Assembly: GCA_964472425.1 (NCBI GenBank)
Contig: CAYYLF010000003.1
Span: 1 to 49,081 of the forward strand
Length of the DNA: 49,081 nucleotides
Source: an uncultured Muribaculaceae bacterium
Lineage (GTDB): Bacteria > Bacillota_I > Bacilli_A > RF39 > UBA660
Direction: 5' to 3'
The translations under genes and the position numbers were made by a program. Shown one piece after another: positions 36,897-47,220 of the stretch (its first letter is position 1; the number at the start of each line of letters is the position of its first letter). The notes beneath the pieces are model-generated. The model saw only the letters and a list, made by a program, of their open reading frames with translations. It was not told the DNA's origin and did not search any database.

Positions 36897-38300
36897 ATGA
36901 AACTATACAACACTTTAACTCACAAAATCGAAGAATTCATACCGAATACGCCCGAGGTCGTGAAGATGTACACCTGTGGTCCCACGGTCTACCACTTCGC
37001 TCACATCGGGAACCTTCGGACCTATATATCCGAGGACGTACTCGAAAAAGCACTCAAATACACGGGCTACTACGTTCAAAGAGCGATGAACATCACGGAC
37101 GTCGGACATCTCACTTCTGACTCCGATTCCGGAACCGACAAGATGGTCGACAGTGCCATCAAAGAACACAAAACCGTCTTGGAAATCGCCGAATACTACA
37201 CGGAAGAATTCTTCAAAGACTGTGAACGACTGAATATCCGCAAACCGGACATAGTCTCGAAAGCGACCGACAACATCGACTTTTATATAAAGATAATCGA
37301 AACACTTCTAGAAAAAGGCTATGCCTACCAATCCTATGGCAACATCTACTTCGACATCACCAAACTAGACGACTACTACAAACTTACGAACCACAAAGCT
37401 GACGACATGGTCGTCGGAGTTCGCGAAGGCGTTGAAGAAGACTCTGGAAAACGCAACCAAGGCGACTTCGTTCTTTGGTTTACGAAGAGTAAATTCCAAG
37501 ACCAAGAATTGAAATGGGATAGCCCCTTCGGAGTCGGTTACCCCGGTTGGCACATCGAATGTACCGGCATAAGCATCAAAAATTTGGGCGAATACTTGGA
37601 CATCCACTGTGGTGGAGTAGACAACATATTCCCACATCACACGAACGAAATAGCCCAATCCGAAAGTTACCTCGGACACAAATGGTGCAACTACTGGTTC
37701 CATGGCGAACACTTAAACATCAAAGATGCGAAGATGTCGAAGAGCAAAGGAGAAATCATCACAGTCTCGACCCTCATCGAAAAAGGATACAAACCGCTTT
37801 CCTATAGATATATGTGCTTAAACAGCCACTACCGTAAAATACTCGAATTCACCTTCGATTCTCTGAAGGCAAGCGAATCAGCCTACTTGAAACTCTTAAA
37901 CCGCATCTCGATGATAAAGTCCGAAGGCGACTTCCAAGACTCTGCCTTCAAAGACTACAACGACAAATTCATGGACGCTTTAAAAGACGACCTCAACACG
38001 GCCAATGCCCTCACGGTCCTTTACGACGTCCTCAAAGACGAGGCCATAAATGGTGCAACCAAACTCGAACTCATTAGAAGCTTCGACAAAGTACTCGGCC
38101 TCGACCTCATAAGCGAATACCACGAAGCTCAACATCCTCAACACGACGAGATAATGGCTCTTATAGCCAAGCGCGCCGAGTTTAAAACTCAACACAAATT
38201 TACCGAAGCCGACGGCATAAGAGACGAACTATCCGCCCGAGGCATCGAACTCGTCGATACGAGAGAAGGAACCATTTACAAACTCAAAGACGTAGATTAA
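36897..38300 (+). CDS. cysS: Cysteine--tRNA ligase
   Basis: CGPTVY..AHIGN, PGWHIEC, FPHH.NE, KMSKS, DDLNT. Confidence 0.97.
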   Translation: MKLYNTLTHKIEEFIPNTPEVVKMYTCGPTVYHFAHIGNLRTYISEDVLEKALKYTGYYVQRAMNITDVGHLTSDSDSGTDKMVDSAIKEHKTVLEIAEYYTEEFFKDCERLNIRKPDIVSKATDNIDFYIKIIETLLEKGYAYQSYGNIYFDITKLDDYYKLTNHKADDMVVGVREGVEEDSGKRNQGDFVLWFTKSKFQDQELKWDSPFGVGYPGWHIECTGISIKNLGEYLDIHCGGVDNIFPHHTNEIAQSESYLGHKWCNYWFHGEHLNIKDAKMSKSKGEIITVSTLIEKGYKPLSYRYMCLNSHYRKILEFTFDSLKASESAYLKLLNRISMIKSEGDFQDSAFKDYNDKFMDALKDDLNTANALTVLYDVLKDEAINGATKLELIRSFDKVLGLDLISEYHEAQHPQHDEIMALIAKRAEFKTQHKFTEADGIRDELSARGIELVDTREGTIYKLKDVD

Positions 38301-38324
38301 ACGACCCGACCAGGTCGCTTTTTC

Positions 38325-38355
38325 TTGACAAAAAATGGGGAGGGGGTGCTACAAT
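38325..38355 (+). promoter_or_regulatory. SigA-type promoter with G-tract spacer (19 bp)
   Basis: TTGACA-aaaaatggggagggggtgc-TACAAT. Confidence 0.6.
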
Positions 38356-38479
38356 AGAAGCACAGAAGACTAGGAACGAAAAGTATCTATTAAAAAAAGA
38401 AAAGCTTTCGTTCATCATCAAAAAGAAAAAATACGAGAGCGAACCGCCAGTCTTTTATATGCCTTAAAAAAGAAAAGAG

Positions 38480-38866
38480 ATGACCTTCATGGACCAAGAC
38501 ATCCCGAGAACTAAACTGCAGAAAAGAAAAAAAGAAAACCTGAAAGGAAAGATAATCGCGATAATCGCTCTTACCCTAGTTACAACTTCGGCTATCACAT
38601 ATGGTTTCTTCTATCCGAACAAAAGACAAACTGGTCAAAACAACTTAGTCTCCGAATGTTTCAATATCGAATTCACTAATGAGTCTGAGTCTATCGCTCT
38701 AACGAATGCTTATCCAGTCTCGGATGAAGAAGGCAGGAAGATTACTCCATACTCGTTTACCATCACGAGCACTTGTGACCTCGCCACTTCTTACCACATA
38801 GTAATAGATACCAAAACCGGTTCCTCGACTTTGGCCATTTTTCTTGTCTTACATCTTCTCTCATAA
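38480..38866 (+). pseudogene. Probably truncated exported protein with a SipW/TasA-type signal-like N-terminus
   Basis: Basic N-terminus, hydrophobic stretch ending TYGFF, then NAYPVSDEEG..ITPYSFTIT..C; ends abruptly in an unrelated tail followed by degraded sequence. Confidence 0.5.
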
Positions 38867-39175
38867 GATGTTATAATCGAACTACAAAACCGAAAGAAGA
38901 TTGAACCTATGAAACCCGTGCACTTAACCGATTTACACATCGGAAAAGTCCTTCTAGAACAATTCTTTTCGAAGGCCAAGAATACATACTCGACCAAATC
39001 ACCCAAATCGCCATCGAACCCATCCAAAGACCAACTCACCTGTAACTCATTTCTGTCACACCACTTCTCGACCTAAGAAAAATCAAAAGAGAACTGAACT
39101 CTAGACTCTTCAAAATCTTATATATCCGCCGTACAGACGAACTATGGCCAATAAAAAACACCAAAATAATTCCTC

Positions 39176-39223
39176 AAAAAAAAATCGCATCCAGTAGCAT
39201 TGCAAACTACATATGCGATTTTT
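39176..39223 (-). terminator. Terminator of the jet operon
   Basis: aaaatcgcat...atgcgatttt stem with a minus-strand T-run, immediately after the jetD stop. Confidence 0.7.
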
Positions 39224-40465
39224 CTATTGTCTTTCGTTCTCGATAAAAAGAGTAATTCTATCTATATTGTTCTCTTGGTACCCGCACTTTCGTTCCTTTG
39301 TAAGCAATGCCTTGATTGTAGATAAATTTTCACAATCGACATTGTTCAACTTCTTTATCCGTGAGTCGTTCAAAGTATTATCTCTAGACATCGTCTTGCG
39401 ATAATCCTCCTCGTCGTAACAAAACAAAGAGAGTAGGGGATACCGTTTTTTCAGATTGTTCGCAATTGTCAGGCCCTCCGGGTCGAAGTCGCCGTTATAA
39501 TATATTCTAGTTCCAGATTCGACCAACTTATCGAGTACCTTATAAACTGCATAATTCGGAATGCCCGAAGTTATCAGGATAGGTACATCCAAATGCATGA
39601 GTTTAGACAAAATCGAAGGATTTTCGAAGACGAACACTTTCTTTGCATCGGCCGACAAATCGTCTATCTTAGACAAATTGTGAAGATTCAAATTCAAAGG
39701 TTCTCTCGCTTTCTTGAATTCGTCGACGAAAGAAGAACTGCTGCCCAAAAGATAAGTTATCACATAGTTCGACAAATCGTCGACTCCTATTCCGAACTCG
39801 GCTAGAAAGGCGATTCTCTCCTGATTCGTCTTGGGTTCTTCATAACCCCTATACTTAGCCAACAACTTGATGAACAAACTACTATTCTGTCCGTTCATAT
39901 CGAGAAAATGCGGATTACCCGATGTGGCCGCCAAAACCGGCAAAGTGGTCGGCACTAGTTTTTCGAGATTATCTACGATGTCCAATATATTTCCCAATTC
40001 TGTTCTAAATACTTTCGCCTCTCTATGATACCTCTTGATTATCACTTGATACAAACTATCCTTCGCTTGCACGACTTCCAAGACAAACTTGCGAAGCTCA
40101 TCGGACAGCCCAGAAGTGACACCTTCGAAAAAGGCAATCTCTTCTTCCTGTGCCAATCTCTTGACTTCGTTCTTGGAAACGGGATGAGTCCCAAAATAAT
40201 TTGTGAACAACTCTTCCCAAGTAAAATCTTCGTATATGGTATTCTTCAGTCGTCTTTCTACCTTGCCAAACGAAATTCTAAACGTTTGCCCTTCGACCAA
40301 CCTTTGCCCGAAAAAGCGGGATAATTCCTCAGCCTCGAGACTCGTCAAATTATCGAGTTCCACGATGCCACTGTAACGTCCCAACGAAACGTACTTATTC
40401 TTGAGTCCTTCGAGCATTCTCGCGAAGCCCTTGTGCTCTTTAAAATAAGTCCAAAGTTTCATCAC
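39224..40465 (-). CDS. jetD: Wadjet type II TOPRIM nuclease JetD (TIGR02679-like)
   Basis: VFVFENP (catalytic Glu) and YNGDFDPEG (DxD) TOPRIM motifs, GYQE; last gene of the 4-gene operon. Confidence 0.88.
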   Translation of the reverse strand: MMKLWTYFKEHKGFARMLEGLKNKYVSLGRYSGIVELDNLTSLEAEELSRFFGQRLVEGQTFRISFGKVERRLKNTIYEDFTWEELFTNYFGTHPVSKNEVKRLAQEEEIAFFEGVTSGLSDELRKFVLEVVQAKDSLYQVIIKRYHREAKVFRTELGNILDIVDNLEKLVPTTLPVLAATSGNPHFLDMNGQNSSLFIKLLAKYRGYEEPKTNQERIAFLAEFGIGVDDLSNYVITYLLGSSSSFVDEFKKAREPLNLNLHNLSKIDDLSADAKKVFVFENPSILSKLMHLDVPILITSGIPNYAVYKVLDKLVESGTRIYYNGDFDPEGLTIANNLKKRYPLLSLFCYDEEDYRKTMSRDNTLNDSRIKKLNNVDCENLSTIKALLTKERKCGYQENNIDRITLFIENERQ

Positions 40466-43400
40466 TAGACACCTGTTTCTGTACCACTTCTTTTACTAAT
40501 CCGTTCCAATGGTAACGGCGAATTCCTACGACAGACGAATTGTTCGGTCTCAACAACTCCGATATTCCGAGTTCCTTGATGGTGTCGAAATCTCCCCATA
40601 GAGCCTGCGAAGTGAGAATATAATCGAGATTTAAAGAATCCATTATGCCGAACATCTCTCGTATGTTCGCATCGTCCACCCCGGCAAAAGCTTCGTCGAG
40701 CGCAACCAATCGAGGAGCATTATCCCTGGCACTTTGTAACTTCGCGCATACGGCCGTGAACAATGGCAAATACATCGTCTTGGCCTTCTCGCCGCCACTG
40801 AAGACGGAGAAAACCTTGTCCGTAAGTTCGCGCCGATTCTCTCCGGCCCTCGTATAATACATCTTAAATTGAAACCACGTACGATAGTCGAGTATCTCAA
40901 AAATGATATCCGAGTAACTCTCGTGTGCTTCCTCGTCTATTCTGCCCTTCAACTTCGACCGGAAATGTTTGATTAACTTGTCGCTGTCGGAAGGCTTTAT
41001 CATATCTGAACTTACATTGAACAATCTTACGAGTTCTCTCGTATCGATTTCGTCCAACGATTCTTTATCTTTAGGATGCCATTCGAGCTGAAAAGACAAA
41101 GCACTGGACATTTGCATATCCTTCATTATCTGATTGATAGATTTGACCCATTTTCTGGCCTCTTCGATGTGGTCTCGTATCTTGTTGCCGACCGTCTTTA
41201 AAAGAATTTCCTCAAATAAGTTTCTGTCTTGGTCACTTATGATTTGCTCGTTTTCTACAATCGAATCGTTCATCTCTTTTTCCAAAGAGAACAAATTGAC
41301 CGGACGACCTTGATAGATGGCTACATAATCCCATCTGACCGCCGTATCGTAGACCTCTTTCAACTGCTCATCTTCCTCGGCATACTCGAAGATGGTCTTA
41401 TACGCCAACTTATACTCGCTCAACTCATTTCGATACTTGTTGTAATTCTCGATAAAATTCTCGTATAAGTCGCGAGGGTTGGAATCTTTTTTCGAAATCA
41501 ACTTATCGAGAACTATTCTTGCCAGTTCCAAATCGTCTTTCTCTTCGTCCATGACGTAATGTAAATCGTATTCGCGTCTGAAAATCTCCCGATAGACTCT
41601 CGTCTCTTTTTCTTTCTGAGAATGCATCTCGCGATTATTCGCAAGTCGTTCTTCCAAAGTCGACAAGTCCGACAACAGAGTTCCCTTTTCCTGCATGAGA
41701 CTCTCCCTCTTGCTTGGAATAGTCTCTATCTTCTCATTCAAAGTGCGAATCATCGAACTCAACTTCTTCGTCTCTTCGGAATTCAAAATCTCTTGAATAT
41801 TTGACCTAGTAACCGACAACTTTTGAACAGATTTTTTGTTCTCGCTCATCTTGAAATAGACTTCGGCGATAGAGTCTTCTATCTCCTCGAGCCTATCTTC
41901 GACTATTCTTTTGCTCTCTCTATTTTGAGTTAACCTTTGATAATCGCTCTTAAAATCGTTTATCTCGTCGACGAGCACGACGACCGTCGAACTCGCTTCA
42001 CCGATAGCTTCCAAAGACATAGGTAAAGAGACAACATCTTTGAAATCGTTTATTTCTCTATATAGAGCTCCTAAAGCTTCGTTCAAGGTACTCCTCTTTT
42101 TCTCTGCAGCAATAGAGTTATTCTTGTTGATGTCGAGGCGAACATTTATCTTATCTTCCTCCGCGAGCACCGCTTCGGCCTCATCGGACGATGGGAATGA
42201 CACTTTTTCGTGTTCGATTTCTTGCAGCTCCGACTTCTTCTTTTCTAACATCTGTTCCAATTGACTCTTGCTATCTTCCGACTTCGCAATTTCGGCTTCT
42301 TTTTCTTCGATTTTCCTCTTGTGAGCCAATTCCCTCGCGAGAATTCCGATGAATTTTTGAGATTCGATTCTAGAACCGTATCCGTATATATTGTCTATTT
42401 TATACGAAGACTCACCGAAAGATATACGCTCCGCGTCGTCGATGCTCAAAGACTCCAACACCGCTTGAACAGCTTTTCTATCGAAATCGACATCCTTGGC
42501 ACACTCCAAGTACTTCGAAAGATTGTTCTTTTTGGGACTGCCTGGCACTATAAAGGTACCTTTGCGACCGGCAACATTCTTCAAATCCTTAGCATCTATC
42601 ACCAAAGCATTCAAAATACCCGCCTTGAGCAATGTCGCCTCGAGATGGTTCTTAGTCTCCGAAGACAAGCCTCCCTTGAACTCGACAGCCTTGTAGAAAG
42701 GAACATATGCTACTCTTTTCTCGTCCAAGAAAGCAATCGTTTCTTTCTCCTCGTCATCCGCGACCATCTCTTCCTCTTTTTGAGTTTTCAATGCTTCCAA
42801 CTCGGCTTTTTGTTCCTCTAAAAGATTCGCCACGTCTTTCAGTTTTCCTTCGATGCGATAAAATTCTCGATTCGCATCCTTATAATATGCGTCCGCAAGA
42901 TTTTGGTAAAAATTCTTTGCTTCCTCGTAGGAAACTTTCGAAAAGTTGAAAGTAGCTTCCACGAGCCTCTTCTTTTCGTCCTCGTTCACTTTAACTTGTC
43001 GGTTTGTCTTGGCAAGCACGAGTATCTTATCGCGCATCGTCTGCAAAGCATCTTCCAAAGAAGCTTCACAATCCTCCAAATCCTTGAGAAGCCTACTTTG
43101 CTCCTTTTTGAATCCTTCGAGTTCGCTTTCGACGTCGCCGAGAGCTTTCTCTTGAAGACTTTTTTCTCTCAATTTAGAGAGAACTTGCGACAATTTCTGC
43201 GAATAAGCTCTCGTCCTTTGTAACATCGATTCGAAATCGACTGGTGCATTCCAATCCTTTTGAAAATCTTTCAAGAGAATGACCGGTTCTTTGAATGCGA
43301 CTTCTTCGCACAACGAATCTATCGAATTCATCGTCTTTGAAATGCTTCGCTCGAGATTCGCGTACTCATCCTCGTACGATTTCCTCTTACTTTCGGCATC

Positions 43401-44498
43401 TATCCTTTTATTTTCCTGTTCACTTTGTCGCGCGGAAAGATTTTCTAGTTCCTTATTCAACCTGTCGATGGACTCGCCAAGCTCCTTTTCCTTCTGGATG
43501 TTGCTCTCTAAATCGTTACTATTCAACTCGGCCAAGCTCTTACGCGCGGCCTCCAATTCGACCTCGAGATTTCCGAGCTCTCTTTCGATAGATTCGCTTC
43601 TACGCTTAGAACTCTCGATGAGACCCTCGGTCTGTACGAGCTCGTCTTGAGACTCTTCCTCGGCCTTGACACTATCGACGAAGCTGCGAGCTTTTCTAAA
43701 CAAAATCGCTTCGTTGTAATTGCGATAAGACTGCATCAAATAAGACAACTGTTTCAAATGTTTCTTCAACTGCTCGATTTTCTCTTTCGTATTGTCCATT
43801 TCCTCGACGGCATCCGAAAGTGGTCTCAAATCTTCTTCCGAAAGGGGTTGCAGGACCTTCCCCAATATTTCCATCAAAACGGTAGGCTTATATTCCTTCG
43901 ACAACTTAGGGCTTCGCAACTGAATCAAGACGTTTATGAACTCGTCGTAATCTTCGATATTTTGAAATCCGAAGAGCAAATTGTTCACCATCTTCTTGTA
44001 CTCTTTGGTCGTATCGACGAGCATGTTCGCTGGCCCCAAATTTGTCCTCAATTCGTTCTTGCTGAGAGGGACCTTTTGAACTCGATTCTTGTAAAGGAAA
44101 ATATCTCGATTTACTCGTCTTCCATCCGTTATCGAAAAACCCCAAAAGTCGACAGGGCGTCCTTTCTTGGCATGGAGACCCATGCCGATAGTCACATACT
44201 TGAGAGTCGACTCTTCGTAAAACTCCATGTAGAGATAACCGGTCGCCTCGTCCTTCTGCTCGGTGTCGTATCCGCCTAAGAGGTAAGCCTCGATATGTTT
44301 ATCGGTACTGCCGAAAGGGTCCAACCGCTTCGGAGACTTGTTTCCATCCAAAATGAGTGGAATAAAAGACTGCATCGTGACCGACTTACCACTTCCGTTC
44401 TCTCCGCGAAGCAACAGCTTGCCATCGGCAAAATCGAACTCCTCGTCGTCGTACAACCAAAAATTCAAAAGTCCTATTCTAGTAGGTTTATAATTCAT
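40440..44498 (-). CDS. jetC: Wadjet type II SMC-like ATPase JetC (TIGR02680-like)
   Basis: R.GLLNFW.Y, Walker A GENGSGKS, long coiled coils, LDYR.WF, signature FSGGEK, Walker B/D-loop LDEAFAGVD; start placed at ATG 44498. Confidence 0.92.
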   Translation of the reverse strand: MNYKPTRIGLLNFWLYDDEEFDFADGKLLLRGENGSGKSVTMQSFIPLILDGNKSPKRLDPFGSTDKHIEAYLLGGYDTEQKDEATGYLYMEFYEESTLKYVTIGMGLHAKKGRPVDFWGFSITDGRRVNRDIFLYKNRVQKVPLSKNELRTNLGPANMLVDTTKEYKKMVNNLLFGFQNIEDYDEFINVLIQLRSPKLSKEYKPTVLMEILGKVLQPLSEEDLRPLSDAVEEMDNTKEKIEQLKKHLKQLSYLMQSYRNYNEAILFRKARSFVDSVKAEEESQDELVQTEGLIESSKRRSESIERELGNLEVELEAARKSLAELNSNDLESNIQKEKELGESIDRLNKELENLSARQSEQENKRIDAESKRKSYEDEYANLERSISKTMNSIDSLCEEVAFKEPVILLKDFQKDWNAPVDFESMLQRTRAYSQKLSQVLSKLREKSLQEKALGDVESELEGFKKEQSRLLKDLEDCEASLEDALQTMRDKILVLAKTNRQVKVNEDEKKRLVEATFNFSKVSYEEAKNFYQNLADAYYKDANREFYRIEGKLKDVANLLEEQKAELEALKTQKEEEMVADDEEKETIAFLDEKRVAYVPFYKAVEFKGGLSSETKNHLEATLLKAGILNALVIDAKDLKNVAGRKGTFIVPGSPKKNNLSKYLECAKDVDFDRKAVQAVLESLSIDDAERISFGESSYKIDNIYGYGSRIESQKFIGILARELAHKRKIEEKEAEIAKSEDSKSQLEQMLEKKKSELQEIEHEKVSFPSSDEAEAVLAEEDKINVRLDINKNNSIAAEKKRSTLNEALGALYREINDFKDVVSLPMSLEAIGEASSTVVVLVDEINDFKSDYQRLTQNRESKRIVEDRLEEIEDSIAEVYFKMSENKKSVQKLSVTRSNIQEILNSEETKKLSSMIRTLNEKIETIPSKRESLMQEKGTLLSDLSTLEERLANNREMHSQKEKETRVYREIFRREYDLHYVMDEEKDDLELARIVLDKLISKKDSNPRDLYENFIENYNKYRNELSEYKLAYKTIFEYAEEDEQLKEVYDTAVRWDYVAIYQGRPVNLFSLEKEMNDSIVENEQIISDQDRNLFEEILLKTVGNKIRDHIEEARKWVKSINQIMKDMQMSSALSFQLEWHPKDKESLDEIDTRELVRLFNVSSDMIKPSDSDKLIKHFRSKLKGRIDEEAHESYSDIIFEILDYRTWFQFKMYYTRAGENRRELTDKVFSVFSGGEKAKTMYLPLFTAVCAKLQSARDNAPRLVALDEAFAGVDDANIREMFGIMDSLNLDYILTSQALWGDFDTIKELGISELLRPNNSSVVGIRRYHWNGLVKEVVQKQVSSDETLDLF

Positions 44499-45681
44499 CA
44501 AATTCACCTTCATTCGTCAATTGTTCATATTCACTTTTCTTACCTTCACTCGCCTTGCCAACGAACCTGCTTACCGTCGGATACACGACGACTTGGTCAC
44601 CCCGACACATCACGAAATGATAAGATTCCATCGCCTCATATATATCCTCGAGCAGTTTTTCCATCGGTATATCCGTATATTTTTTGCTGAAATACTGACT
44701 TTTCTCCATCCTCGCCGTCCCCACGACCAGTTCGAACTCGCCGCGCGACAAGGTGAACGTCTCATCTTCCGCCAAGGGAATGAGTTTATTGTTTCTATAT
44801 TCGAGGAGCATCTTGTTCACGAGCAAGACTATGTCGCTCATATTCTTAGTGTTAGGAAAATAATCCTTATGAACGGAATACTCGTCCGCATACACCATAA
44901 ACAAGTTCTTAGTTATTTCCACTTCCATGCCCATCTTATCTTGGAGTTCCTTTTCGATGGCCTTGTGCAGATGCTTGACATAATCCTCTTCGCCCCAGGA
45001 CAACTCGTCCTTCGTCGTCGCCGGTGCGTAGAGTAAATGCCTATATACCTTATATTTTCGCACTTCGCCCTTTTCAAAATCTTGACCTAACCACTCCAAA
45101 TCGAGAAAATCTTCCGGAGTTTTAGACTCATATATGTCGAAATCGAATGACGGCACGACATAATTGGCGAGCCCCGTCGCTTCGTACAGAGCGTCCGCGG
45201 AAGCATTGTCCTGAAAGCTTCGGCTATCCTGGTCTCGCAAGAAAATGACATCGAGTAGGATGAGATAATCTATGACGCGAATGAGACTTCGCCGGTCGGT
45301 CGCATTGTCCCAATTCGGAATGTGTTCCAACTTCAAAGTGACAGCCGTATTCTTGATGTATTCGATTAACTCGGACAATATGAACTTGTCTCCCCGAGTC
45401 TTATCCTCTAAATACAAAAGCATGATGAAGAAAATGACGTAATCTAACACCTTCGAAAAGCTGGTTACTCCGAATTCTTTACGGGCATTCGCCGGAATCT
45501 TTTCGAGTTTGATAAACCGGTCGTGAACAATCAACTTGTTGCCGGCCGTCCGATGCATAAAGTCTCGTATTTTATCCTGATTCTTTTTGAGAAGATAATA
45601 ATTGTCCTTGTCGTCATCCTTCGTAATCCAAAAATTGTTCAAGAGCAAATTCATCTCTTTTTCGATTGATACTTCTTCCAT
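44488..45681 (-). CDS. jetB: Wadjet type II JetB (TIGR02678/DUF2398-like)
   Basis: LL.NFW, KLEKIP, F.LSEL.E, W....DRRSL.RV, LYE.TG, VYR.LL..P; position in the operon. Confidence 0.85.
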   Translation of the reverse strand: MEEVSIEKEMNLLLNNFWITKDDDKDNYYLLKKNQDKIRDFMHRTAGNKLIVHDRFIKLEKIPANARKEFGVTSFSKVLDYVIFFIMLLYLEDKTRGDKFILSELIEYIKNTAVTLKLEHIPNWDNATDRRSLIRVIDYLILLDVIFLRDQDSRSFQDNASADALYEATGLANYVVPSFDFDIYESKTPEDFLDLEWLGQDFEKGEVRKYKVYRHLLYAPATTKDELSWGEEDYVKHLHKAIEKELQDKMGMEVEITKNLFMVYADEYSVHKDYFPNTKNMSDIVLLVNKMLLEYRNNKLIPLAEDETFTLSRGEFELVVGTARMEKSQYFSKKYTDIPMEKLLEDIYEAMESYHFVMCRGDQVVVYPTVSRFVGKASEGKKSEYEQLTNEGEFDEL

Positions 45682-45682
45682 T

Positions 45683-47155
45683 TTACCCTCCGAACACTAT
45701 TTCGATGGCATCCATTTCGAATGTTCCATCCACAGCCACGAGGCGACAACGGCCATCGATATAAGTAATCGTATACTTTTTCCCAAATACGGGGTCAATG
45801 CCTGTAAACACATTTCTGTCCGAATGCCTCTTCGCTTTTTCTAATAGTCTAAATATATACTCGCGTTCTTCCGGCAAAACGTCTACTTCGGCAGTCAAAT
45901 CCTTTTTGCCAGTCTTTATGAATTCAGTCAAAATTTCTCTTCTTCGTTCCTCTTCGCGTTTAAATTCTTCGAGAAGGATTGCTTTCTCTCGACTCTTATC
46001 TCGAATGGGCTCCTTCGTCCCCTTACTCTTCATTCCACGTTTGACGGGTTCGACCGCGATTTCGATAGAACCGGCCGATAAACTTGGGACGATAGAATCG
46101 CTTTGAAGTGGACTAGTTCCTTTAAAATGCCGAACGACATCGACTCCCAAGACTGCGCTTGCAAGTTCGTGTGCTTCCTCGATGGAGCTTTGCTTATCGA
46201 AAAGGCCACACAAGTACTTATAATCTTCTTTTCTGTTTATCATGTTGCCGTGCAACTCGATTAAACTAGACGCATACTTCGTTATCTTCGATATGATGTT
46301 GTTGGTGGCCTTCAAAAGTCGTTCGCCTTCGCTCGGACCTTTAGAACTTATGAACCATTTGTACAAACTGGCCCATTTGCCCATGTTCACTTGTCTCAAA
46401 TAGTCGTAGTCGAAGTCGGGTCTAATCTTAGGGGCTTTCCTTTGATAATTCACGAGATTGTCCATGAGAGTCGCGACGTTTTCATCGCTTATCGAATAAA
46501 GGACCTCCCTGATTTCCTTACTATGCCGGATGTACTCCTTTATGAAATCCTCTAAGTAATGAACTAATTCGTTCTTCTTGGCTATGAAGCCCTCGCTTTG
46601 TAACAATTCTTCTGTCTTTACCTCGTGAAACTTTTTGATAAAATCTTGATAGTTGGAAGTCAGATTCTGAAAATCGGTCGTCAAATCTCCCCAAAGCTCG
46701 TAAGTATCTCCTTCGGACAACTCAGCTATATTTACAATCTTCTTAAGCTTGGACTTTATCCTTTCGAACAAACGCGGCTCGAGCGAGGCGACTTGGACGA
46801 CGAGTTCTTCTAGACGAATCGTCATTCGCTCTATCTCGATGGCATAATCCGTCATTTGGTAACGAACATTTTTATACTTGAATTTATCCAAAGTCGTGGC
46901 GTTCTCCGTATCTTGTACGGTGGTAAGAGACTGCTTGGACACCAAAAAGTCCAAGTCCCTTTGGCACTCGTCTATCGTATAATCCGGTATGTGAGGTGCG
47001 AGCTCATCGAATACGTCTTCTTTGTAAAGCCAGTTCTCGGCCTGTTCGTGCTTTTGATAGAAGAAGCGCATGATGGGCCTATACCTAGGCGTATTTTCCT
47101 GGTTTAAGTAAGCCGTCTCGGTTATTTCTTTTACTAGTTTATCGGTTATCTCCAT
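45683..47155 (-). CDS. jetA: Wadjet type II kleisin JetA (TIGR02677/DUF2397-like)
   Basis: YL..EN.PRYR.IMR.FY, QD.....T...F....RYQ.T....EIER, F...K..L..YL..FI, W..L..WF. Confidence 0.87.
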   Translation of the reverse strand: MEITDKLVKEITETAYLNQENTPRYRPIMRFFYQKHEQAENWLYKEDVFDELAPHIPDYTIDECQRDLDFLVSKQSLTTVQDTENATTLDKFKYKNVRYQMTDYAIEIERMTIRLEELVVQVASLEPRLFERIKSKLKKIVNIAELSEGDTYELWGDLTTDFQNLTSNYQDFIKKFHEVKTEELLQSEGFIAKKNELVHYLEDFIKEYIRHSKEIREVLYSISDENVATLMDNLVNYQRKAPKIRPDFDYDYLRQVNMGKWASLYKWFISSKGPSEGERLLKATNNIISKITKYASSLIELHGNMINRKEDYKYLCGLFDKQSSIEEAHELASAVLGVDVVRHFKGTSPLQSDSIVPSLSAGSIEIAVEPVKRGMKSKGTKEPIRDKSREKAILLEEFKREEERRREILTEFIKTGKKDLTAEVDVLPEEREYIFRLLEKAKRHSDRNVFTGIDPVFGKKYTITYIDGRCRLVAVDGTFEMDAIEIVFGG

Positions 47156-47220
47156 AAAGCACCCCTTTGACGCCGTTATTGTATCATCTTTTGGTAGAAA
47201 TTGAAAGATAATTCGACTAT

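Noticed and set aside
38439-38452. Minus-strand GACTGGCGG resembling the ZTP riboswitch core
   Set aside because: The other ZTP elements and a suitable downstream gene on that strand are missing.
38791-39120. Minus-strand ORF 38791..39039
   Set aside because: No RBS, in-frame stops just upstream (39073-39075) and no recognisable motif; at most a degraded remnant.
39593-47107. Many + strand ORFs inside the jet operon, and similar antisense ORFs in dnaE, ffh, clpC and cysS
   Set aside because: Shadow frames of well-supported genes.
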